Source: Alphaproteobacteria bacterium | GTDB taxonomy: Bacteria; Pseudomonadota; Alphaproteobacteria; RF32; CAG-239 | Assembly (NCBI GenBank): GCA_017479985.1 | Contig: JAFVBL010000012.1 | Location: 791-64,790 of the forward strand | Length of the DNA stretch: 64,000 nt | Direction of reading: 5' to 3' | Part shown: positions 28,823 through 37,377 of the stretch, one piece after another | Position numbering within the stretch: the first letter of the stretch is position 1 | Layout: the number at the start of each line of letters is the position of its first letter | The notes under the pieces: generated by a model | Told to the model about the DNA's origin: nothing | The model's database searches: none | What the model saw: only the letters and a program-made list of their open reading frames with translations | Made by a program: the position numbers and the translations under genes

Positions 28823-31800
28823 AGTTTTTATTATACCACTCTTTCATCGAATTCGGACTCAAAATAGAAAGCGAATTGACATCAACATCCAAATCCTTAA
28901 CCGCACCTTCTGCTTTATAATCGGCGGCAAAAATTGTTCCGTCTTTACTGGCGAGCAAGTTTCCGACCACCGGTATTTGCCCCAGAAAGCGGTTCAGACT
29001 GTACGCCGGTGCCACCACGCCGTAAAAACGCACATCGTCAGTTGCCCGATTATACGTACCGGTTGTTGTCAGTCCGACCACACTCCCCTCCGCCTTGGCG
29101 TGATTGAGTTTCAAGATTTTGTACTGATATTCAAACGGCGCGCTGAAATGTGTAAATGTCAAGCCGTCTCCTTTAAGCAAATCAAGCATACCCGTAAATG
29201 ATGCCACCGACAAAATCTGAGCCACCACCGGTGCGTTCTGGATACTGAAATCGCGTACAGTCGCGTGTCCGATAAACTTTTTGTCTGCCTGTCTCCGTGC
29301 CTCGATTTTAAGCGTACCGCCGACCATATTTTCATACAAACGCAATACTTTAAGCGTACTTCCGGCATTATTACTCTCAATAGAGAGATAATGTTCTTTA
29401 TCCCCGCGCGGCACATAGCTTAAATTCAGTTTGATAGACTTATCAATCCCGTAGTTGCCGACCATATTAACCTCATCAATACCGATACCGTGCCGCAACT
29501 TTGCACTGCCGGCAAAATTCTGTATCGGTGTCGTTTTGTTTGTCCACAAACTGTTGACCATTACAAAAATATCTGCATTATTGACTGTTTCCAATCCGTC
29601 ATCTTCATTTTCTTGCCGAACCTGCTTTTGTGTTGTCAAATCCGCATCAGTTTTGGCATCAGCCTTATCAAACAGCGGCGTCAAATCATAACTGCTGCCG
29701 GAAACTTCTATCTTGAATGTCGGCGTATCGGTATCTGTCATACTGACTTTTGCTTTTGCCGACGTGCGCGGTCCCGTAATTTTCGTCACATCAACCAGTT
29801 TCACGCGCCCGCTCGGATACATTGCAACATTGCCGCTGATCACAAACCCCGGCTTAATCAGATTCAGTTCGGAAATATGCGTCACCTTCTTGTTCTGCAT
29901 ATTGATTTTTGCCTTAATCTCAGCCGGTTGTGCATTTTCCTTCACAAAACCGAAATAAGCATAATCCAGCTTGGTATTCTGTAAATCCGCTGCCAAATCA
30001 ATACTGACACTCCCGTCTTCCTTGACCACCGCATCGGCATTGACTAACGCAAAACCTTCCACATTCGGCGCATTCAAAATTTTATGATTCAAGCCCAAGA
30101 TTTTCTTGGCTTTATCATCAAGTTTAAATGACAAACTGCACTTGCTTTTATATTTTTTATCGGTGAATTTATCATTCATCGTCAATTTCACCGGAATATT
30201 TTCAAAATTCCCCTCACCGCTCAAACTCCAACCGGCTGAGTTTACCGCTAATTTCATTTCATCGGCGGAAACCGAGTGTTTATCAATTAAATCCTTAATT
30301 TCAATCTGATGCAAATCGGCCTTAACCTCAACTTTTATATCATCGGTATCCAAATCCTGCCGCAACTCAAAATCGAGCTTTAGTTTAACATCTACGGTGC
30401 CGCTTATGTTATTCGGGTTTAACCCCATACCGGACGTAAATGCCAACGGTTTGTGGTCTATCAGCAGCAACGCATCTTTAACCGACGAATTGCCGGCCAA
30501 ATCAATCGAGATAAAATTATCTTCTTTATCCAAATCATAAATATTCACCTTGCCGCCGGTGATAATCACACCGTCGCTGACACCCTTATCTATATCAATC
30601 AAAATATTATGGTCACTGAAATGCGCCGTGCCGTAAATATTATGTACAATCGGCATACCCTCCAGATACAACAAATCCGCATCATCAAGTTTTGCCGTAC
30701 CTTTAAGATTGATTAACCCCCAATCCTCCGTTTTCGGCCTGTATCCGAAATCAAACATAAATTCGGCATTTTGAGCGTGTCCTCCGATTAAACCGTCCTT
30801 ACACCATTGCCACGCAGGCTCTGCCACATAGCGCGGCCAAAACCGCGGCAATTCCGCAAACGGGAAATCATCTACCTTTGCCTTAAAGCGCATTGCCAAA
30901 TCTTGCAGCGTACCTTCCAGATAAAAAGTCTGTAATCCGCTGATTTCCAAATCCACAATCGCATTTTGCCCACCCATTTTAAATTCGGCATTTTCAACTT
31001 TTATTTCATCAAAACCGCCGACAACTTTGCCTGCCAGCAACATTTCATCAATGTCGTAATTATACTTTTCTTCTCCTTCAAAAGAGATATAGCCGTGTCC
31101 GCCGTCGATTTCAAACGCCAATTTTTCAATAGCACCGTCCATATAGTCCTGAGCTTCTGCCGGATGCGCCAAAATATCCGTCAGTTCGATTACGGTATCA
31201 ATCTTACCGTTAATCGGTACTTCTACGGAAATATATGAAAACATATTGTCTTCGGTTGTTTCATTAAATGCTTCCATCATATCGGAGAGCACCAAATCAG
31301 AAAAATATACTTCCAAATCAAGTTTATCGTCTGCCGCGTGATATTCGCTTTCAAAACCGATTGAAGCAATTTTATCATTGATATTCACGAGCGCATTGGC
31401 ATTAAGTTCCATATTGATAAAATTGCGGTTAAATTCAAAATTAACATCTGAAAAAATCCAGTTACGGTCCAAGTCGACCTCGCGCAATTCCATTTCGCCT
31501 TCGCTGACGGTGATATTATTGACATAACTTTCCGGATATATCTTATCTTCGGAATTATAATGTTGCAAAAATTCGTTAATTCGCTCAATCAGAAACTGTA
31601 ATTTCTTCTTACCGACAACATTTTCCGGCACATTTTGCTCGTCAATTCCGTAACTTGCGTATATTCGCGCTTTCGGGCGCATAATATTGACATCGCTCGG
31701 AGCGATAATTCCCCGCATCAATGCACGTAAACTGAACGACAGATACAATTTCGGTGCCTCAATCTCAATTGTTTTATCCTTCTTTTGCAAAGCAATATCA

Positions 31801-32042
31801 TTTGCCGTAATCCTGAGCGGCTGAATTGAACGCACCAATTCAATATTAACATCACCGATATCTATCGTATAATCATTTTCGTCATAATTGAGCGCCTGCA
31901 CAATATACGGCCGCAAATACGGCACGGAAATCGGCCCTTTATATAAGGTCCACATCAAAAGCAGAAAAATAATAAACAGCCCGACCATAAAACAGTCAAA
32001 CATTTTTTTGAAGAAATATGCCCGTGCCGAAATTTTTTTCAT
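28797..32042 (-). CDS. YhdP/AsmA-like large envelope protein (DUF3971-type)
   Basis: 1081 aa. N-terminal TM helix (FMVGLFIIFLLLMWTLY), a long predicted beta-rich body, and a conserved C-terminal ...GQIPVVGNLL...GTIFAADYKAEG... region typical of AsmA-like proteins. Confidence 0.7.
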   Translation of the reverse strand: MKKISARAYFFKKMFDCFMVGLFIIFLLLMWTLYKGPISVPYLRPYIVQALNYDENDYTIDIGDVNIELVRSIQPLRITANDIALQKKDKTIEIEAPKLYLSFSLRALMRGIIAPSDVNIMRPKARIYASYGIDEQNVPENVVGKKKLQFLIERINEFLQHYNSEDKIYPESYVNNITVSEGEMELREVDLDRNWIFSDVNFEFNRNFINMELNANALVNINDKIASIGFESEYHAADDKLDLEVYFSDLVLSDMMEAFNETTEDNMFSYISVEVPINGKIDTVIELTDILAHPAEAQDYMDGAIEKLAFEIDGGHGYISFEGEEKYNYDIDEMLLAGKVVGGFDEIKVENAEFKMGGQNAIVDLEISGLQTFYLEGTLQDLAMRFKAKVDDFPFAELPRFWPRYVAEPAWQWCKDGLIGGHAQNAEFMFDFGYRPKTEDWGLINLKGTAKLDDADLLYLEGMPIVHNIYGTAHFSDHNILIDIDKGVSDGVIITGGKVNIYDLDKEDNFISIDLAGNSSVKDALLLIDHKPLAFTSGMGLNPNNISGTVDVKLKLDFELRQDLDTDDIKVEVKADLHQIEIKDLIDKHSVSADEMKLAVNSAGWSLSGEGNFENIPVKLTMNDKFTDKKYKSKCSLSFKLDDKAKKILGLNHKILNAPNVEGFALVNADAVVKEDGSVSIDLAADLQNTKLDYAYFGFVKENAQPAEIKAKINMQNKKVTHISELNLIKPGFVISGNVAMYPSGRVKLVDVTKITGPRTSAKAKVSMTDTDTPTFKIEVSGSSYDLTPLFDKADAKTDADLTTQKQVRQENEDDGLETVNNADIFVMVNSLWTNKTTPIQNFAGSAKLRHGIGIDEVNMVGNYGIDKSIKLNLSYVPRGDKEHYLSIESNNAGSTLKVLRLYENMVGGTLKIEARRQADKKFIGHATVRDFSIQNAPVVAQILSVASFTGMLDLLKGDGLTFTHFSAPFEYQYKILKLNHAKAEGSVVGLTTTGTYNRATDDVRFYGVVAPAYSLNRFLGQIPVVGNLLASKDGTIFAADYKAEGAVKDLDVDVNSLSILSPNSMKEWYNKNFGDGDGEL

Positions 32043-32055
32043 CTGTCAGCCTCTT

Positions 32056-33169
32056 TTATGCCACATCTTCACTCTTGATTTTCTGCGCCAATGCCGCCGA
32101 TAAAAACAAGTCAATATCCCCGTCAAGCACACCTTTGCAATCTGCCGTTTCGGCATCTGTGCGCAAATCTTTAATCAATCGATACGGCTGCAACACATAC
32201 GACCTGATTTGATACCCCCAACCGTTTTCACCCTGATTGTCGCGTGCAACCTGTGCCGCATCGGCTTTTTTTTGCATTTCTATTTCATACAATCGTGCCC
32301 GCAGCATCTTCCAACAATTATCGCGGTTTTGAAATTGCGACCGCTGCGTCTGGCTGGAAACCACAATCCCTGTCGGTATATGCGTAATCCTGACGGCGGA
32401 ATCCGTTTTGTTGATATGCTGTCCGCCGGCACCCGATGCCCGATATGTATCGATTCGGCAATCGGCAGGGTTAATATCTATCTGCACATTATCATCAATC
32501 ACCGGATAAACACCGATGGAGGCAAAACTTGTATGCCGCCGTGCCGCACTGTCAAACGGTGAAATCCGCACCAAACGATGCACCCCCGTTTCGGACTTCA
32601 GCCAACCGTAGGCATTTTTGCCGCAGATTTTGATTGTTGCCGACTTCAATCCGGCAACATCACCTTCCGTTTCCTCAATATATTCTGTCTTATAATGATG
32701 TGTTTCCGCCCAACGCATATACATTCTCAAGAGCATCTGCGCCCAATCCATAGCCTCCGTACCGCCGCTGCCGGCGTGCACTTCCAAATATGCATCATTT
32801 GCATCGGCTTCACCCGACAAAAGCGATTCCAACTCGGCGCGCTTTGCCTGTTGCTGAAGCTGTGTTAAATTTTGTAGCAATTCGGCCAACATTGCCTCAT
32901 CATTTTCCGCTTCGGCAAACTCAACCATTTCTTTATAATCGTTCAGTGTCCGAACATAATCCTCATACGCACCGAGTTTTGCCTCAAGCGTATTTTTTTC
33001 ACTCATCAGCGTTTGGGCTTTTTCGGGATTATCCCATAGCGATGCATCTGCCGTCAATACATTCAATTCTTCGCGGCGCAGAACGGCATTATCATAGTCA
33101 AAGATACCTCCTGAGCAATCCGAGAGATTGCTCGATTTCGGTTATAACATTATAAAATTCCGCGCGCAT
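32056..33169 (-). CDS. prfB: Peptide chain release factor 2, needs a +1 programmed frameshift
   Basis: Frame 0 runs from the ATG at 33169 (MRAEFYNVITEIEQSLGLLRRYL) to CTT TGA C. After the +1 shift, frame 33099..32056 contains SPF and GGQHINK motifs. The ATG overlaps the mrcA stop (TGATG). Confidence 0.95.
33097..33112 (-). promoter_or_regulatory. RF2 autoregulatory +1 frameshift site
   Basis: Minus strand reads AGG AGG TAT CTT TGA C. That is the internal SD-like AGGAGG, slippery CTT, and an in-frame UGA followed by C. Confidence 0.9.
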
Positions 33170-35595
33170 CAGTATTCTCCTCCCAATTGCAAACTGCCGC
33201 CATCGGTTTCCGGTCCGGCAACCGAAGAATCACCGTTTCCGACAACGCGTTGACGATTATAAAATTCAAAATCGGGCTTCAAAGCTTCCGTAATTGCCAC
33301 CGTATCACCCGGCGCTGACGGATGACCGCTGTACGGATTAACCCGTACCAACTTAATCCCCTCCGGTATGCGGAAATTTGTATCCGGTGTATCTTTCAGA
33401 GCTTCCGCCATAAAATCATAGAAAATCGGCAAAGCCGCGTGCGCACCGGTCTCATACATACCCAAACTTTCCGGCTCATCAAATCCCACATAAACACCGG
33501 CGACCCAATCCGGTGAAAAACCGACAAACCAAGCATCTTTTGTTTCGTTGGTCGTACCTGTTTTACCGGCTACGTGTCGATGCAATCCGTTGAGACGCGC
33601 ACCGGTTCCGCGTACGGCAACACCTTCCAAAATCGAAGTCATCTGATACGCCGAAAGCGGATCAACCACTTGTTCACGCACAACCTCAAAATCCGGTTCT
33701 TCCTGATTATTCCAAACATCAACCGCACATTCCGGACACGGTGTCTGTTCGTGCCGATAAATCGTACGTCCTTTGCGGTCTTGGATGCGCTCAATCATAT
33801 ACGGCGGAACTTTTTTGCCTCCGTTGACAATCACGCAATATGCGCTGACCATATTGATAACACGTGTATCAGCCGCACCCAACGAAGCCGACAGATACGG
33901 CGGTAAATTATCGTTCACACCGACACGGCGCGCCATATCGACAATTTTATCCATACCGATATCCTGAGCCAAACGCACGGTCATCAGATTTTTGGAAAGC
34001 TCAACCCCGCGCCGCAACGTCATCAAACCGTAAAATTTCTTGGAATAGTTTACCGGTTTCCATTTCGGCATACCCTCTCCTTGGTCAAGCACAAACGGCG
34101 CATCTAAAATCAAATCCGTCGGCGAGTATCCGAGTTCAAGCGCTGTCAAATAAACAAAAGGTTTAAAACTCGAACCTGTTTGGCGATAGGCTTGCGTTGC
34201 CCGATTAAATTGCGATTTTTCAAAAGAAAAACCACCGACCAACGCCAACACTTTGCCCGTATGCGGATCCATCACCGCCATACCGCCTTCAACAATCGGC
34301 ACCTGCCTCAACTTATACACCGGCAATCCTTTTGTCGGCTTATCCGTTATTGTTTTTTCCGCATAAATCACATCGCCTTTTTTCAGAATCTGTTCCATTT
34401 TTGTCGGCACCGGCCCCATATCTTTGCCTTTTTCTTTAAACCGTGCCCACTTGGAATCTTCAAGCAAAATATTACCTTTTTCACCGCCTGCCGTTTCGAT
34501 TTCCGCTTTATCTGCCGTTACTTTAATCACCACGGATTTTTCCCACATCGGCTCGGCCCCTGCCGGCAATTTGGCGTCTTGCAGACTTTGCTTATAATTT
34601 TCATCTATTTTAATCTGCGCCGTTGCGCCGCGCCATCCGTGCCGCAAATCGTACTCTATCAAACCTTTACGGAACGCCCGATTGGCAATATCCTGTATTT
34701 TCGGGTCAATCGTTGTTCGTACAATCAAACCGCCCTGATACAATGCCTCATCGCCGAAATTGCGACTGATGGTACGCCGGACTTCTTCGCTGTAATACTC
34801 CGTACCTTTCAAAAATCCGCTTTTGCGTTCCACTGTTTCCAAAGGCTTCAATTTGGCTTCTGCCGCATTTTCCGCCGTCACATATCCGTCCTCGACCATA
34901 CGGTCAATCACCCAGTTGCGCCGTGCCACCGCCGCATCATATTTTGTTTTCGGGTTATAGTTATTCGGACCTTTCGGCAATGCCGCCAAATATGCGACTT
35001 CGTGCAATTCAAGTTCTTCCAGTGACTTGCCGAAATAATTGATTGCCGCCGCAGCAACACCGTACGATCTGTTTCCTAAATAAATTTCATTCAGATAAAG
35101 TTCGAGAATATGCTCTTTGGTGTATGCTTTATCGATACGTCGGGCCAAAATTGCCTCTTTAAGTTTGCGTGTATACGAAAGTTCCGAGCTGAGCAAAAAG
35201 TTTTTCGCCACCTGCTGCGTAATGGTCGAGGCTCCCGCCGGACGTTTTCCGGTTCCCATTTTGCGTACATTGCCGAGCACGGCACGGATAATACCCAAAT
35301 AGTCAATACCGGAATGTTTATAAAAATGCTTATCCTCTGCAGAAATAAAAGCATTTTTCACCATATCCGGAATCATTTCAACCGGCACAAACAAACGCTT
35401 TTCGGCCGCATATTCCATCATTACCTGTCCGTCACCGGCAAACAGACGCGTTGTTACCGGCGGCTCATAATTTTCAAGCTGATGATAATCCGGAATTGTA
35501 ATATTAACCTTTGTCACGGCATACGTCACGGCCGCAATCAATATAATCAGACAAAACAGACCCAAACTGGCGATATAAGATAAGAATCTCAGCAT
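33169..35595 (-). CDS. mrcA: Penicillin-binding protein 1A (class A PBP)
   Basis: 808 aa. EDKHFYKHSG, GASTITQQ, SSFKP, SKN and KTGTT motifs. Confidence 0.9.
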   Translation of the reverse strand: MLRFLSYIASLGLFCLIILIAAVTYAVTKVNITIPDYHQLENYEPPVTTRLFAGDGQVMMEYAAEKRLFVPVEMIPDMVKNAFISAEDKHFYKHSGIDYLGIIRAVLGNVRKMGTGKRPAGASTITQQVAKNFLLSSELSYTRKLKEAILARRIDKAYTKEHILELYLNEIYLGNRSYGVAAAAINYFGKSLEELELHEVAYLAALPKGPNNYNPKTKYDAAVARRNWVIDRMVEDGYVTAENAAEAKLKPLETVERKSGFLKGTEYYSEEVRRTISRNFGDEALYQGGLIVRTTIDPKIQDIANRAFRKGLIEYDLRHGWRGATAQIKIDENYKQSLQDAKLPAGAEPMWEKSVVIKVTADKAEIETAGGEKGNILLEDSKWARFKEKGKDMGPVPTKMEQILKKGDVIYAEKTITDKPTKGLPVYKLRQVPIVEGGMAVMDPHTGKVLALVGGFSFEKSQFNRATQAYRQTGSSFKPFVYLTALELGYSPTDLILDAPFVLDQGEGMPKWKPVNYSKKFYGLMTLRRGVELSKNLMTVRLAQDIGMDKIVDMARRVGVNDNLPPYLSASLGAADTRVINMVSAYCVIVNGGKKVPPYMIERIQDRKGRTIYRHEQTPCPECAVDVWNNQEEPDFEVVREQVVDPLSAYQMTSILEGVAVRGTGARLNGLHRHVAGKTGTTNETKDAWFVGFSPDWVAGVYVGFDEPESLGMYETGAHAALPIFYDFMAEALKDTPDTNFRIPEGIKLVRVNPYSGHPSAPGDTVAITEALKPDFEFYNRQRVVGNGDSSVAGPETDGGSLQLGGEY

Positions 35596-35685
35596 TCCGA
35601 CTCACAAAAAAAACGTTCAAACTTGCATTGAATTTATTATAATTTCGCAAAATTGCAACAGATATTTACTTGGCGTGTGCACTGT

Positions 35686-36936
35686 TTACCAATTGGAGGC
35701 AATTTCCGGATCTTTAAAATAACGATCAATTGCGCGCGCAGTAGCTTCGGCCAGTTTTTTGCGATACGCCGGCGTTTTTAAATTTGCTTCTTCGGTTCGA
35801 TTCGACAAATATCCCATTTCCAGCAATGCCGCCGGCACATCGGGCGCTTTTAATACCGCAAAGCCGGCAAACCGATGTGTGTTACGCACCAATTTTACGC
35901 TTTTGGACATTTCCTGCACCAAATATGTGGCATATTTTGAAGACTTATTGCGCGTATCCGTTTGCGAAAGAGAAATCAGAATATCGTTAACTTCCTTGGT
36001 ATTGCCGCCCAAATCGATACCGCCGATAATATCCGCCTTATTTTCACGTTCAGCCAAAGCTGCCGCCTCTTGGTCGGACGCCGTATCCGAAAGCGTATAA
36101 ACGGAAAGTCCGGTTGCATTGCGATTCTGCGCACTGTCGGCGTGTATTGACATAAACAAATCCGCTTTGCGTTGTTGCGCAATTTTGATGCGTTGGCGCA
36201 ACGGAATAAAGATATCGTTGTCACGAGTCAGATAAACCGCATATCCCTTGTTTTGCAAAATGGCTTGAAGCTCTTTTCCCATCGCCAGCGTAACATTTTT
36301 TTCATACGTCTTGGCATACGAACCGATTGCTCCCGGATCTTTACCGCCGTGTCCGGGATCCAGCACAATGATGCGTTTGCGTCCGGACCTTGCGGCAGGT
36401 ACAAAAGTCGTTGCGACCGGCGTTTCTTTTACTGCCGGTGCTTTTTCTGATTTTATCGGTGCCTGAGTAATTTTTTGTTCGCCTTTTTGCGTATATTTAT
36501 CACTCAGCTGTGCTCTGAAATTTTCGGCAGACGTTGACATCAAATCTATCACCAGACGCCAGTTTTGCCCTTCTTGCGGTGCCATAACAAAAGTTTTTTT
36601 GACAACCGCCGGCTGAGATAAATCCATCACCACACGCTTATCGTTTCCTTCAAGTTTTCCCAATCTCGCACCGCTTACAACCTGATTGGAGGCTCTTGTC
36701 TGCAATTTTTCGATATCGGAATCATCTAAATCAACCACCACCCGTTTCGGAGAATCGAGTAGAAATACACGATAATTCACTTTACCGTTCATATCAAACA
36801 CGACACGGGCGCCGTCCGGCTGATTTCCGAGACGCATATTATAAATTCGCACACCGGCAAAAGCCTGTGTTGCAAACAAATATGCAAAACAGCAAAAAAC
36901 AAATACCCCGAATATCAGACGGTTTAAAAGTCTCAT
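35686..36936 (-). CDS. N-acetylmuramoyl-L-alanine amidase with AMIN domain (AmiC-like)
   Basis: 416 aa. Signal peptide, AMIN-like N-terminal domain (RVVFDMNGKVNYRVFLLDSPKRVVVDL), and an Amidase_3 domain (VLDPGHGGKDPGA ... SIHADS). Confidence 0.88.
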   Translation of the reverse strand: MRLLNRLIFGVFVFCCFAYLFATQAFAGVRIYNMRLGNQPDGARVVFDMNGKVNYRVFLLDSPKRVVVDLDDSDIEKLQTRASNQVVSGARLGKLEGNDKRVVMDLSQPAVVKKTFVMAPQEGQNWRLVIDLMSTSAENFRAQLSDKYTQKGEQKITQAPIKSEKAPAVKETPVATTFVPAARSGRKRIIVLDPGHGGKDPGAIGSYAKTYEKNVTLAMGKELQAILQNKGYAVYLTRDNDIFIPLRQRIKIAQQRKADLFMSIHADSAQNRNATGLSVYTLSDTASDQEAAALAERENKADIIGGIDLGGNTKEVNDILISLSQTDTRNKSSKYATYLVQEMSKSVKLVRNTHRFAGFAVLKAPDVPAALLEMGYLSNRTEEANLKTPAYRKKLAEATARAIDRYFKDPEIASNW

Positions 36937-37377
36937 TTGAATTTCTCTTTTCTACCAATTGAGTTTACACCATTTTTTGTAAAGTATACGGTGTATAAGT
37001 TACCAATCGGTTAAAAGATTACAGATTTTTTTTGCATATCGTGCAAATTTTTATTGTTTTTTTAAATTTATTATCTATGCTAAAAACGATTATCGGTCGG
37101 AGTTTGTTTTTTATTTTGAGAGTGAATGAATGACAAGGAAAAAACAATTCCGGCACAGACGATAAAGAAAGTTTGGGTTTAAGATACACCCTCCGTCGCT
37201 TTTTCAATAACCAAGAAGAATAAGCGCAAAAGCGGCCGAGGCATAATATGTTTAATCTGTTGCACTGCGGTGATTTACCGCAAATTTTGTGCTATGCGAT
37301 TTATCCGTTTTGTATTGTTAAACCTATGGTTATTACTCGTTTGAGCCGATTAAACGAGCTGAAATATGGGGATTATA

